Of a DNA stretch of 64,000 nt, positions 9,740 to 20,028 are shown in pieces; within the stretch, counting starts at the first letter, position 1, and each line of letters begins with the position of its first letter. The notes beneath the pieces were generated by a model. The model saw only the letters and a list, made by a program, of their open reading frames with translations. It had not been told where the DNA came from and did not search any database. Where the stretch lies: the NCBI GenBank assembly GCA_049599475.1, contig JBMYOQ010000016.1, positions 1-64,000 of the forward strand, read 5' to 3'. The DNA comes from Opitutales bacterium (GTDB lineage: Bacteria > Verrucomicrobiota > Verrucomicrobiia > Opitutales > JABSRG01). A program made the translations under genes and the position numbers.

Positions 9740-10573
9740 ATGCCCACGCTCACCCTAGATCAGCCAATCAGTCTAGAGGGTTGGCGCGAGACCCTCATCG
9801 GGGGCCAATGCTTTCGCTGGCGCGCGGTACCTGATGAAAACGCACGCTTCCGCGGGCAAATCGACGGGCAAGCGGTGACGCTCAAGCTCGCGGATTCAAA
9901 AATCCATTGGGACAATTCGAATCTCTCCAAGAAAGACATTCAGCGCTACCTCGCCCTGGATAAGCCCTTCTCAGCCGCCATCAACCAGCTTCCCTGGCGC
10001 AGCGACCCGCAGCTCAAGACGGCCATGGACGCTTACCCCGGCTTGCGCATTCTGCGTCAACCCGTCGAAGAGGCCCTTTTCTGCTTTCTGTGTAGCTCGG
10101 TGAAAACCATTCCCCAGATCCAGCTGATGCTCGAATCGGTCTGCCGAGATTTTGGGAACCCACTCGGCGACGACCAATACGCATTCCCCGGTTGGGACAT
10201 GATTGCCAAAGTCGGGGAAGCGCCACTCCGCGGCCTGAAGCTTGGCTACCGCGCAAAATACATTTCTCAGACCGCAACACGCGTTTCCCCCACATTTTTC
10301 GCCGATCTGAAATCCGCAGACTACCCCACCGCCAAAGCCATGCTTATCGCGCTTCCCGGTGTCGGTGAGAAGATCGCCGACTGCGTTTGCCTCTTCGGTC
10401 TACATCATCTGGAAGCCTTCCCAGTGGACACCTGGATCGCGCAGGCCATGGAGTCTCTCTATGCGCTCGAGGGCTGGACTCTACCGCAAATCGCCCACTT
10501 TGGGCGCACACATTTTGGGGAACATGCCGGCCTCGCCCAGCAATATCTGTTTAGCTACATGCGGAGCAAATAA
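9740..10573 (+). CDS. ogg: 8-oxoguanine DNA glycosylase (OGG1-like, HhH-GPD)
   Basis: N-terminal TLxGGQCFRW, GLRILRQ, LGYRAKYI, HhH LPGVGEKIADC, FPVDTW. Confidence 0.9.
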   Translation: MPTLTLDQPISLEGWRETLIGGQCFRWRAVPDENARFRGQIDGQAVTLKLADSKIHWDNSNLSKKDIQRYLALDKPFSAAINQLPWRSDPQLKTAMDAYPGLRILRQPVEEALFCFLCSSVKTIPQIQLMLESVCRDFGNPLGDDQYAFPGWDMIAKVGEAPLRGLKLGYRAKYISQTATRVSPTFFADLKSADYPTAKAMLIALPGVGEKIADCVCLFGLHHLEAFPVDTWIAQAMESLYALEGWTLPQIAHFGRTHFGEHAGLAQQYLFSYMRSK

Positions 10574-10652
10574 GCCTTTTTCACCCCAAAATCGCCCCTC
10601 CTTTTAAACTTCACCTCTTTTCGGCACCGCTTAGGCTATACTCTTTACTGCT

Positions 10653-12005
10653 ATGAAAATCATCGTAATCGGAGCCGGGGAAGTCGGCGCCCACCTTAGC
10701 GAACTCCTGAGCGCTAAGGGCCATGAAGTTACTGTCATTGAAAGTAATGAACAGAAGGCTGCCCTCCTGGATGAGCGACTGAATGCTAAGGTAATCAACG
10801 GAAACGGCTCCTCTGCCGGCGTCATCAAAAGCGCAGGTGTCGATCGCTGTGATTACTTCTTGGCACTGACCAGTGACGATCGCACCAATCTCATTGCCTG
10901 CTCGCTCGCCAAAGTGCTCAGCAGCAAAGTAAAGACAGTCGCGCGGATTCACGACCAAACGTACTCCGATAACTCCATCATTAACTACCAGCTGCATTTC
11001 GGGATCGATTACCTGCTCAATCCCGAAGCCCTCTGCGCCCTGGAACTCGCTAAGGCCATGCGCAACCCAAGCCGACTCGCCGTAGAGAATATCGCGCGCG
11101 GCCAGGTCGAGGTGCAGCAAGTCACCGTTTCCAAGAATTCAAAAGTAGTCGGTAAATCTCTGCGAGACATCCGCCTCGAGGCTGGAGTTCGTATCGGGTT
11201 CATCCGCAAGGGCTCAGATGTATCCCTCCCGACGGCCGATACCGTGATCGAGCACGGCAACGTCGTCGCCCTATTCGGAAAGCCCGAAGACCTACTTGAG
11301 ATTCGGACTAAATTCGATCCCGGTTGCCGCCTGGATACCGTGCGCGTCGTGCTCTTCGGGGCATCCGAAATTGCGATTTCCCTGATGCGGGTTTTGAATA
11401 ACCCCCGCTTCAAAATCCGGATCATTGAGAAAGACGAGAAGCTCTGCCGTGTCATGGCAGAGCGCTTTGAGAATGTGACCATCATCCAGGGAGACGCCAC
11501 ATCACTCCGCGTCCTCGAAGAAGAACAAATCGAAAGCGCCGACTACTTCGTCGCCTGCACGAAGGATGACGAAGACAATATCATGACGAGCCTCCAGGCC
11601 TCTCGCCTTGGGGCAGAGCATGTGCAGCTGGTCATCAACCGCGCCGACTACCAAGAAGTCATCAGCACGGTAAAAACCACACTCGGTGTGGAGCTCATCG
11701 TATCGCCGCGACTCGCAACGGCAAATGAGATTTTGAGAGCGATCTCGCCAGACATGATCGTCGAGCTCGCCTCACTTGAGCAGGCCGGTGCTAAAATCGT
11801 AGAGATAAAAATCAGGCCGGATAGCGCCGTTGCCGGTAAAAAGCTTCGAGAAATCTCCCTGCCACAAGGCACCGTAATCATCGCCCTCCTCCATAAATAC
11901 GCGGCAAAAGTGCCGGGCCCAGACGATACCATTATTGGCGGAGACAGGGTCGTCGTAATCGTTCGAAAGGACGAATTAGACGCGCTTAAAACAGCCGTCG
12001 AGTAA
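10653..12005 (+). CDS. trkA: Trk potassium uptake NAD-binding subunit
   Basis: Two RCK_N/RCK_C repeats, GAGEVG Rossmann motif, adjacent trkH. Confidence 0.95.
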   Translation: MKIIVIGAGEVGAHLSELLSAKGHEVTVIESNEQKAALLDERLNAKVINGNGSSAGVIKSAGVDRCDYFLALTSDDRTNLIACSLAKVLSSKVKTVARIHDQTYSDNSIINYQLHFGIDYLLNPEALCALELAKAMRNPSRLAVENIARGQVEVQQVTVSKNSKVVGKSLRDIRLEAGVRIGFIRKGSDVSLPTADTVIEHGNVVALFGKPEDLLEIRTKFDPGCRLDTVRVVLFGASEIAISLMRVLNNPRFKIRIIEKDEKLCRVMAERFENVTIIQGDATSLRVLEEEQIESADYFVACTKDDEDNIMTSLQASRLGAEHVQLVINRADYQEVISTVKTTLGVELIVSPRLATANEILRAISPDMIVELASLEQAGAKIVEIKIRPDSAVAGKKLREISLPQGTVIIALLHKYAAKVPGPDDTIIGGDRVVVIVRKDELDALKTAVE

Positions 12006-12017
12006 TCTACACGATTG

Positions 12018-13493
12018 ATGAATTACCCACTCGTCATACGCCTTCTTGGATACATGTGCCTCGCCATCAGTGCGGCCTTTCTCATATCACTCGGCGTCGG
12101 CTTCCTGTATCCAGATACTGATAGCGAATCACAAGCCATCGCTGGATTTGGATATAGCATCGCGATCTCCGCGTCGATCGGAACCGTATTGGCATACCTA
12201 GGACGCAATGCGAAGAATCGCATGTTTCGCAAAGAGGCATTCGCCCTGATCGGGGTATCTTGGTTTGTCTGCAGCACCATCGGGGCCCTACCTTATTTGT
12301 TTGCGATGCCGGGTACATCCTTGGCAGACGCTTTCTTTGAATCGACCTCTGGACTCACCACGACCGGGGCTTCCGTGTTTACCGATTTCGAATCTTGGCC
12401 GCGCAGCCTCCTTTTCTGGCGCTCATTCAGCCAATGGATCGGCGGCTTGGGTGTAGTTGTATTTTTTGTAGCACTCCTTTCGTCTCTCGGGGCTGGGGCA
12501 AAAATATTATTCACCAATGAATCGAGCGCAGCCTCGACAGATATCGACACCTCGCGTGTTCAAAGCGGCGTATCGAAAATTTTCGCCCTCTATGTATCCC
12601 TCACCATCGCTTGCTTTATCTGCCTAGCCCTCGCGGGCATGAGCTGGTATGATGCAATTTGCCACGCCTTCACAACCCTGGCCACCGGCGGGTTCAGTAC
12701 GCGTTCGGCTAGTATTGAAGCCTTTCAGAGCCCACTCATTGAATGGATCATCATTTTTTTCATGGCTCTCGGCGGCACCAGTTTCTTATGGCTTCTTAAA
12801 ATAGGGAGCAGCCCTTTCAGAGAGATGTCGCGCAACTCAGAAGTGAAGGTGTATTTCCTAATCCTTACAGTTGCGACCCTCCTGATTGCCATTGAGCTTT
12901 TCGAAGGGAACAATGCAACCTCCCTATTCGACAGCATCACGAAGAGCGCTTTCCAGGTAGTCTCGCTCATGACATCCACAGGGTTTGCTTCAGCGGATTA
13001 TGATACATGGATGATGCCCACAAAGATCATACTACTCGGGGTAATGATCATCGGAGGCTGCAGTGGCTCCACCGCTGGCGGCTTTAAGGTAATCCGCCTC
13101 GTAATCTGCATAAAAGTGGCCTGGGCGCAGATCGAAAAATCAATACGCAGCAATTTGGTAAAAACACTCCGTGTCAACGGCCGGGTCCTCAAGGAATCGG
13201 ATCAATTCGCAGTCATCAGTTACGCCGTCTTGATCGGACTCACCACGACATTTTCAATCGTAGCCTTCGCCGCCCTCGAGCACAATATGAGTTTCAAAAG
13301 CTTGGTAGCTGGAGTGTGCGCGTGCCTCTACAATACAGGTCCATCTTTCGACCAACTCGGTCCCACACAAAACTACGGCCACCTACTTCCCGCTTCGAAA
13401 ATTTTCCTATCCGTCCTCATGGTCATGGGACGTCTAGAACTCTACGCAGTCTTCGCTCTCTTCGCGCCGTCGCTCTGGAAGAAATTCTCGTAG
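12018..13493 (+). CDS. trkH: Trk potassium uptake membrane subunit
   Basis: FFESTSGLTTTGAS, ATGGFS, STGF and GGCSGSTAGGFK pore motifs. Confidence 0.95.
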   Translation: MNYPLVIRLLGYMCLAISAAFLISLGVGFLYPDTDSESQAIAGFGYSIAISASIGTVLAYLGRNAKNRMFRKEAFALIGVSWFVCSTIGALPYLFAMPGTSLADAFFESTSGLTTTGASVFTDFESWPRSLLFWRSFSQWIGGLGVVVFFVALLSSLGAGAKILFTNESSAASTDIDTSRVQSGVSKIFALYVSLTIACFICLALAGMSWYDAICHAFTTLATGGFSTRSASIEAFQSPLIEWIIIFFMALGGTSFLWLLKIGSSPFREMSRNSEVKVYFLILTVATLLIAIELFEGNNATSLFDSITKSAFQVVSLMTSTGFASADYDTWMMPTKIILLGVMIIGGCSGSTAGGFKVIRLVICIKVAWAQIEKSIRSNLVKTLRVNGRVLKESDQFAVISYAVLIGLTTTFSIVAFAALEHNMSFKSLVAGVCACLYNTGPSFDQLGPTQNYGHLLPASKIFLSVLMVMGRLELYAVFALFAPSLWKKFS

Positions 13494-13509
13494 GGGACCC
13501 AGGACGTTT

Positions 13510-14016
13510 TCAGCGATTCCAGGGCATCTTTGCTAGCATCAAGCCCATGCCGCAGATGTCGGTGACTCCGGCGAAGACTAGGCCGCAGCCTACGAAAATG
13601 GGGACTGCGAAGAAGCCCGCGTGAACTGTCAGGCCGAGGATCGAGAATATCGCGACCAGGGCACCTGCACCTATGCGAACTTGGCGTTCGATGCTAATGC
13701 TGCCTCCTTGGCCTTTTTCCGTAGGGTAGCCGGCTGAAGTCCAAGAGTTCAGACCGCCTTCTACGCTGATCACTTCTTGATCGCTCTTTTGAGCAAGGAG
13801 TTCGGCAGCTTTTTTGGAACGCACTCCCGACTGGCAGATCAGGACGAGGGGTTTGCCTGAAAGGTGTTCCGCACCCCCTTTCTCGATCGCGTCGAGCGGG
13901 ATATTTTCTGCGTGAGCTAAGTGCTCGCCTCGATACTCACCGGGCGAGCGCACATCGATCCAGGTGTAATCTTCAGATGAGAGATTTTGAGCTTCGGATA
14001 CGCTTAAAGTTTTCAT
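13510..14016 (-). CDS. Rhodanese domain + DUF2892 membrane protein (YgaP-like)
   Basis: IDVRSPGEY, active-site CQSGVRS, C-terminal 'IERQVRI...GLVFAGVTDICGMGLMLAKMPWN'. Confidence 0.88.
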   Translation of the reverse strand: MKTLSVSEAQNLSSEDYTWIDVRSPGEYRGEHLAHAENIPLDAIEKGGAEHLSGKPLVLICQSGVRSKKAAELLAQKSDQEVISVEGGLNSWTSAGYPTEKGQGGSISIERQVRIGAGALVAIFSILGLTVHAGFFAVPIFVGCGLVFAGVTDICGMGLMLAKMPWNR

Positions 14017-14284
14017 GATATAATATCGGATCTTCGAATGGGGGATTTCATTCCTTCAATTATATTTAGATCTCACGCTCACTTCGCTCAAGGCCCTAAG
14101 AGTTCAGAGTGACTGAAAGAATTTCGGCTAAACCATTCCTCAAAACTATATTCAATCATTTTCAAACTCATCAGATGTAGCGGATCCATTGGGACGCCAA
14201 TACTAAAGGATGCTCAAAGGCGCGGCACCAGAGTGCCGCGGCTTCACCGATTCATAATCAAAATAACGAGCGCAATCCCCCGCT

Positions 14285-14827
14285 CTACAGGAGGCCGAGC
14301 ATCATTTTGCCTTCTTCGGAAATCATATCTTGGGTCCACACCGGGTCCCAGACGATTTCGACTTCGGCATCTGCTACACCGGGAACCACTTTGACTTTGT
14401 TCTTGGCGTCTTCAGCGATAGTGGGGCCCATGCCACAGCCAGGAGCCGTGAGTGTCATATCTACATGGACGTTAAATTGTGCGCCCTCTTCCTTGACCTC
14501 CATGTTGTAGACCAAACCAAGGTCTACAATATTCACGGGGATTTCGGGGTCGTAGACTTTTTTCAACTGTTCCCAAATCTTTTCAGCATCTGGCGGTCCG
14601 TCGTGGTCGGCTCCGTCGCCTTCGATTCCATCTGATACAATCTCCTCTCCCAAGGCATCCGCATATTCACTCGCTACGCGGAACATGCCGTGGTCAGTCA
14701 TGATTGTGAAATTCCCTCCAAGGCGGTGCGTAATGACGACACGGGTACCTTCTTCGAGTGTAAAGGGATCCCCCTGAGGAATCAAAGTAGCCTCGATATC
14801 TCGGCTTAATATACGATCTTCAGTCAT
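14285..14827 (-). CDS. sufT: Fe-S cluster assembly protein SufT (DUF59)
   Basis: [16 protein letters not shown] and [11 protein letters not shown]; last gene of the suf operon. Confidence 0.9.
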   Translation of the reverse strand: MTEDRILSRDIEATLIPQGDPFTLEEGTRVVITHRLGGNFTIMTDHGMFRVASEYADALGEEIVSDGIEGDGADHDGPPDAEKIWEQLKKVYDPEIPVNIVDLGLVYNMEVKEEGAQFNVHVDMTLTAPGCGMGPTIAEDAKNKVKVVPGVADAEVEIVWDPVWTQDMISEEGKMMLGLL

Positions 14828-14829
14828 TG

Positions 14830-16161
14830 CTAGGCTGCCGTGTGGGTAGAGAATTTCTTTTCGATGAGTTCGCGAACGGTGTCTTGGATCGACTCCGCAG
14901 AGATCTTTTCAGTGACTTCTTCGAGGAATCCGGTGACCATCAAATGCTTGGCGATGCGCGGTGGAATACCACGTTGCAAGAAGTAGAAGAGCTCTTCTTC
15001 GCTTAGCTTACCCGTTGTCGCACCATGTGAGCACTTCACGTCGTTTGCTGAGATTTCTAGTCCCGGCAGTGAGTTGGCCTCGGCGGTATTATCCAAAAGG
15101 ATGTTTCGATTGGTCTGGTAAGCATCCGTCTGCTGAGCATCATCTCCGACACGTATCAATCCGGAGAATACAGTACGTGCCGAGTCCATCAGGGCATTCT
15201 TGTATAGAAGGTCTGAGAATGTGTTGGCCGCTACGTGTGTTTGGAAAGTGCGCTGGTCAAACTCTTGGGTGCCGTCAGCTACCGTGAGAGCATACATTTT
15301 TGCATTGGCTCCTGTGCCCTCGACACTCACTTGGTTTTCATAGCGAGCTTTCTTCGAACCCAAATTGATCGCAGCCGACTGGAACTCCGCGTCGCGAGAC
15401 ACAAAGCCAGAATCCAATTGGAAGATGTTCGAGCTGGTATTGATATTTTGGATTGCTGTCCGTTCAACGCGCGCACCGTTGCTCACGTGAACATGAGCCG
15501 AAGCTGAGACATATGCGCCCTCTGCGCCTTCAGCAGTCAGATAAGAATCGAGCACTTGGACACGCGCATTATCTTCTGCCACAACAAGCGTGTGGGGGAA
15601 GGTCGCGACACGAGAACCAGTGGCCTCGTATGTAGCTGCAATGAATCCTGAAACCTCGACGTTTTTCGGGACGAAGACAAAGAGTCCGTTGGAAACCAGT
15701 GCACGATGGAGATACTCAAATTTCTCTGAGCCCAACTCCGTTGTGTTCTGGAACAACCAGGGACGAATTGCTGATTCGTTCTCCGCAAGAGCGGCGCTCA
15801 GGCTAGAAATAATGACACCTTGCTCAGCAAGCTCAGCAGGCACCTCAGGTGCGCTCACAAGCACATCGTCCACAAAATGGAAGTGCATCAATGCATCCTT
15901 CGCGGCTGGCAAGGACACCGATGGGCTCAAGAGCCCTTCGTTCGGTACCGACAATTCCACGTCATCGAGGATCGTGCGATTGACTGTCGCGAAGCGCCAT
16001 TGCTCATCTTTACGTGTAGGCAAAGGCAGTTTGCTAAAGTGCTCCCAGGCTTCTAGGCGGGCTTTTTGAACCCATACTGGCTCATTGGAAAATTTCTCTT
16101 CAATGAAGGCCGGGCCGTCTAATTGGCTTAAGTTGCTATTCACTAATGTATTCGAAATCAT
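14830..16161 (-). CDS. sufD: Fe-S cluster assembly protein SufD
   Basis: [25 protein letters not shown]. Confidence 0.93.
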   Translation of the reverse strand: MISNTLVNSNLSQLDGPAFIEEKFSNEPVWVQKARLEAWEHFSKLPLPTRKDEQWRFATVNRTILDDVELSVPNEGLLSPSVSLPAAKDALMHFHFVDDVLVSAPEVPAELAEQGVIISSLSAALAENESAIRPWLFQNTTELGSEKFEYLHRALVSNGLFVFVPKNVEVSGFIAATYEATGSRVATFPHTLVVAEDNARVQVLDSYLTAEGAEGAYVSASAHVHVSNGARVERTAIQNINTSSNIFQLDSGFVSRDAEFQSAAINLGSKKARYENQVSVEGTGANAKMYALTVADGTQEFDQRTFQTHVAANTFSDLLYKNALMDSARTVFSGLIRVGDDAQQTDAYQTNRNILLDNTAEANSLPGLEISANDVKCSHGATTGKLSEEELFYFLQRGIPPRIAKHLMVTGFLEEVTEKISAESIQDTVRELIEKKFSTHTAA

Positions 16162-16189
16162 GATGTTTATTCTTTCGATGGGGTGCTCC

Positions 16190-17602
16190 TTAACCCACAG
16201 ACCCTTCCATTTCCATTTCGATGAGGCGCTTGAGCTCCACCGAATACTCCATTGGGAAGGCTTTGATGAGATCGTTCACAAAGCCATTGACCGCTAAGCT
16301 CATCGCTTGGCCCTCGTCGAGACCTCGCTGCATCATGTAGAAAATTTGCTCAGCGCTTACTTTAGAAACTGATGCCTCGTGTTGGACCGAGTTCCCCTCG
16401 CCAGTCACGGTGATCGCAGGATAAGTGTCGGTGCGGCTGTTTGTATTAATCAAAAGCGCATCACACTCAGTATTATTCTTACAGCCCTTCACATCCTTTG
16501 GCATGTAGACTTGTCCACGATAGATGGACTGCCCTTCACCAATTGAAATAGACTTCGCAATGATGTTGGAGCTGGTGTCGCTCGCCAGGTGAAGCATTTT
16601 TGCTCCAGTGTCTTGCTGCTGCCCATCATTCGCCAAAGCGATAGAAAGCACTTCGCCACGAGCCCCCTTGCCCTTCAGGACAACACCTGGGTATTTCATG
16701 GTGAGGCGGCTACCGATATTACAATCGATCCACTTCACCTCCGCGCCCTCTTCGGCCATTGCGCGTTTGGTGACCAAGTTGAATACATTATTCGACCAGT
16801 TTTGAACGGTGATGTATTGGATTTTAGCATCCTTCAATGCCACCAACTCAACGACCGCGGAGTGCAGAGTCGATGTCTCAAACTTCGGGGCTGTGCAGCC
16901 TTCCATGTAAGTGACCTCGGCTCCTTCGTCGGCAATGATTAAGGTGCGCTCGAATTGCCCGAAGCTTTCCGCATTGATACGGAAGTAGGCCTGTAACGGC
17001 TGCTTCACCTTCACACCTTTGGGAATGTAAATGAATGAACCTCCAGAGAATACCGCGCTGTTGAGTGCAGAGTATTTGTTGTCCCCGGTCGGGATGACCT
17101 TTCCGAAGTATGGCTTGAAAATTTCTGGATGTTTTTCGAGGGCCTCTGTGGAGCCCATGAAAATGACACCTTCCTTCTCAAGGTCGTCCTTCATGCGTGA
17201 ATACGCGGCCTCGGAGTCGAACTGCGCTTCGACACCTGCGAGGAACTTGCGCTCACTCTCAGGAATTCCGAGACGCTCGAACGTCTCTTTTACGTCGTCA
17301 GGCACTTCGTCCCAGGTACGGGAAGGCTGCTGGCCCTTGGAAAGGTAGTAGCGGATAGTATCGTAATTGATATTCTCCAAATCCTTCGTGGCCCAGTGTG
17401 TTGGGTTGGGCTTGCGCTTAAACACTTCAAGCGCCTTGAGACGGAATTGGCGAACCCAGTCTGCCTCCTTTTTGACTTTGGAAATATACTCGATGGTCTC
17501 TTCGGTGAGGCCCACCCCAGCATCGTAAGCGTAATCTTCCTTGTAGTGGAAATTACCCTTATCGCGATCGATCGTATTCAGCGTTTCGGCTTCGGACATC
17601 AT
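16190..17602 (-). CDS. sufB: Fe-S cluster assembly protein SufB
   Basis: [44 protein letters not shown]; start placed at MMSEAET. Confidence 0.97.
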   Translation of the reverse strand: MMSEAETLNTIDRDKGNFHYKEDYAYDAGVGLTEETIEYISKVKKEADWVRQFRLKALEVFKRKPNPTHWATKDLENINYDTIRYYLSKGQQPSRTWDEVPDDVKETFERLGIPESERKFLAGVEAQFDSEAAYSRMKDDLEKEGVIFMGSTEALEKHPEIFKPYFGKVIPTGDNKYSALNSAVFSGGSFIYIPKGVKVKQPLQAYFRINAESFGQFERTLIIADEGAEVTYMEGCTAPKFETSTLHSAVVELVALKDAKIQYITVQNWSNNVFNLVTKRAMAEEGAEVKWIDCNIGSRLTMKYPGVVLKGKGARGEVLSIALANDGQQQDTGAKMLHLASDTSSNIIAKSISIGEGQSIYRGQVYMPKDVKGCKNNTECDALLINTNSRTDTYPAITVTGEGNSVQHEASVSKVSAEQIFYMMQRGLDEGQAMSLAVNGFVNDLIKAFPMEYSVELKRLIEMEMEGSVG

Positions 17603-17646
17603 AGGGATATCGGTGTTTGAAATTCGTGTTGTGATGCGTGCGGGAG

Positions 17647-18411
17647 TTAGGCGGGAGCGCCGACCAACTCGTTTTTGACCCACTCGTAGCCGTTCTTCTC
17701 AAGTTCCTTGGCGAGGTCGGGTCCACCACTTTGGACAATACGACCGTCGAACATGATATGAACCACGTCGGGCACGATGTAATCGAGGAGGCGCTGGTAG
17801 TGAGTGATCACGACCATGGAACGCTCTGGTGAGCGAAGGGTATTCACACCTTCGGAAACGATGCGAAGGGCGTCGATATCGAGGCCTGAATCTGTCTCGT
17901 CAAGAACCGCTACCTTGGGCTCAAGCATCGCCATCTGGAGAATTTCGCAGCGTTTCTTTTCACCGCCCGAGAAACCTTCGTTTACCGAGCGCGCTGTGAA
18001 TTTGCGATCGATCTTGAGCGAATCCATCTTCTCATAAAGTTCGCGGTAATAGGCCGGTGCATTGATTTCCTCTCCTTCTGGAAGACGAGCCTGGCGGGCC
18101 GCGCGAATGAAGTTCGCGATGGTTACACCAGGAATCTCGATAGGATACTGGAATGCCAGGAAGAGGCCCGCACGCGAGATTTCGTCTGGCTCTTCGCCAA
18201 GGATGTTTTCTCCATCCAGAGCTACACTACCGGAATCGACCGTGTAGTCTTCGTGGCCCGCGAGAACCTTCGCGAGGGTGCTCTTACCTGTGCCGTTTGG
18301 CCCCATGATGGCGTGCACTTCGCCTTTGGGCACAGACAGGGAGAAGTCCTTCAAGATAGGGCTTCCGTTGATGGATACGTTTAGGTTTTGGATTTCGAGT
18401 GCGTTGCTCAT
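17647..18411 (-). CDS. sufC: Fe-S cluster assembly ATPase SufC
   Basis: [40 protein letters not shown]. Confidence 0.97.
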   Translation of the reverse strand: MSNALEIQNLNVSINGSPILKDFSLSVPKGEVHAIMGPNGTGKSTLAKVLAGHEDYTVDSGSVALDGENILGEEPDEISRAGLFLAFQYPIEIPGVTIANFIRAARQARLPEGEEINAPAYYRELYEKMDSLKIDRKFTARSVNEGFSGGEKKRCEILQMAMLEPKVAVLDETDSGLDIDALRIVSEGVNTLRSPERSMVVITHYQRLLDYIVPDVVHIMFDGRIVQSGGPDLAKELEKNGYEWVKNELVGAPA

Positions 18412-18423
18412 TGGAAAATGTTT

Positions 18424-18882
18424 CTAGGAATTTGCTGGATGCTTGGGTGCGGTGGGCTTGGCGGCAGGCGCTTCGCCGTCGAATGAAAGTTCAAAATTGC
18501 GGATCTTGAATCCCGAAGGCAGGAGATGCTCGAGGGTCTTGATCACGGAGTTGGGTAGGTGCACATCGTAGACGCGGCCTGACTTACTGCAGTGGAAGTG
18601 AGCGTGCTCCTGCAGATTTGGACAGAAGCGTGTAGGCTCGCGGTCGAAATTCACACTGCGGACGAGCCCAGATTGCACGAGGGTTTCCAAGCAATTGTAG
18701 ACCGTGGCGAGGGAGATCGTCGGCATGGACTCCTTGGATCGTGCGTAGACTTCTTCAGCAGTCGGATGGTCTCGCTTTTCGAGAATCACACCATAGACAT
18801 GCTCGCGCTGGCGAGTTGGGCGGAGACCCATTTTCTCGAGCGCTTCATCGAATTCAACCTTAAACTCTGGTTTTAATTTCAT
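18424..18882 (-). CDS. Fur-family transcriptional regulator (Irr/PerR-like)
   Basis: [27 protein letters not shown]; first gene of the suf operon. Confidence 0.9.
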   Translation of the reverse strand: MKLKPEFKVEFDEALEKMGLRPTRQREHVYGVILEKRDHPTAEEVYARSKESMPTISLATVYNCLETLVQSGLVRSVNFDREPTRFCPNLQEHAHFHCSKSGRVYDVHLPNSVIKTLEHLLPSGFKIRNFELSFDGEAPAAKPTAPKHPANS

Positions 18883-18899
18883 CTAGAATCTTATTTATA

Positions 18900-18932
18900 C
18901 TAAGAATTGTTCTAAATTGGAATCATTCTAAA
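18900..18932. promoter_or_regulatory. Tandem ICE/Per-box-like operators upstream of fur-sufCBDT
   Basis: CTAAGAA-TTG-TTCTAAA (18900-18916) and ATTGGAA-TCA-TTCTAAA (18916-18932); a minus-strand TTGACT -35-like hexamer at 18943-18948. Confidence 0.7.
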
Positions 18933-19234
18933 AAGACATAAAAGTCAAGATTCGCGAAATGATTTTCCGGAAAAAAGTTAGCCCAAGCTCACAATCCATC
19001 AGGACAATCCTAAAACCTGAGATCGCCAAAATTATACATCCCTCTAATAAACAGCATTTTACGAACTCATCGATCCGCCCAAGAGACACCCATCTTAGCT
19101 TCCCCCAAACACACCTCGAAACTCAAATTTACAGGGATTCGGTCTCAATAAAGACGTGAAATAGGTAGATTTATCGAAATTCGGAAACTTTCAGTCCGTC
19201 CATAGGTTATTAGTTAGCATAAGAAACACGTGTC

Positions 19235-19280
19235 GGGTGGGCAACGGAGCGAGAGATCCTCCTGCCCACCCTATTTTTTT
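19235..19280 (+). terminator. Intrinsic terminator with no recognisable upstream + strand gene
   Basis: GGGTGGGCA...TGCCCACCC stem (inner GGAG/CTCC) followed by TATTTTTTT. Confidence 0.7.
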
Positions 19281-19363
19281 GGGAAACCCGCTGATAGCCG
19301 AACTATCAAACGCTTCGGAAGAGCGAGGACGAACAGCTTCAGAGAGAGTCCCTGCAGCGAAAA

Positions 19364-20026
19364 CTAAGGTTTATTTACCTTGATCGGCTTTTTCCGAGCG
19401 GGAAAACACTGATGACAGATTTCGCAGCCATGCTCAGCTCCATCGCAGGTCCGACGCGCTTGGCAAAATTCGCGTCCATAGAAAATGATCTGCAAGTGCA
19501 GCTTGTTCCACGTTTCCTTGGGAAAGAGTTTCTTCAGGTCCGCCTCGGTCTGTTTGACGTTCTTCCCTTGGGTCAATTTCCAACGCTGAGCGAGACGATG
19601 AATATGCGTATCCACCGGAAACGCTGGCACTCCAAAGGCTTGAGACATCACTACGCTAGCCGTCTTGTGGCCTACACCGGGAAGCGCCTCGAGCTGCTCG
19701 ATATTCTCGGGAACGTTCCCTCCATACTCATCCACCAAGATATGCGAGAGGGCCGCGATATTTTTTGATTTGGCAGGCGCCAGTCCACACGGGCGAATGA
19801 TCGCATGAATTTTCTCCAAAGGCACATGTATCATACCCTCTGGAGTATCTGCCTGAGCAAATAAATCCGGAGTCACTTGATTGACGCGTTCATCCGTACA
19901 TTGCGCGGAGAGCAATACTGCGACTAAAAGAGTGTAAGGGCTTGTGTGATCCAGCGGTATCGGCGGGTCGGGATACAGCTCATCAAGCAAGTTCTGTATA
20001 TATACTGCGCGTTCCTGCTTCTTCAT
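19364..20026 (-). CDS. nth: Endonuclease III
   Basis: LLVAVLLSAQCTDERVN, LPGVGHKTA, FPVDTHIHR, Cys-rich C-terminus; start placed at MKKQERA. Confidence 0.95.
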   Translation of the reverse strand: MKKQERAVYIQNLLDELYPDPPIPLDHTSPYTLLVAVLLSAQCTDERVNQVTPDLFAQADTPEGMIHVPLEKIHAIIRPCGLAPAKSKNIAALSHILVDEYGGNVPENIEQLEALPGVGHKTASVVMSQAFGVPAFPVDTHIHRLAQRWKLTQGKNVKQTEADLKKLFPKETWNKLHLQIIFYGREFCQARRTCDGAEHGCEICHQCFPARKKPIKVNKP

Positions 20027-20028
20027 AA

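Noticed and set aside
14221..14240. Perfect hairpin CGCGGCAC-CAGA-GTGCCGCG downstream of sufT
   Set aside because: No convincing U-tract on either strand and only one copy here; cannot distinguish a terminator from a second REP type
18959..19159. 66-aa + strand ORF in the suf-nth gap
   Set aside because: No homology cues or clear RBS and atypical composition; it cannot be fully excluded as the source of the 19235-19280 terminator
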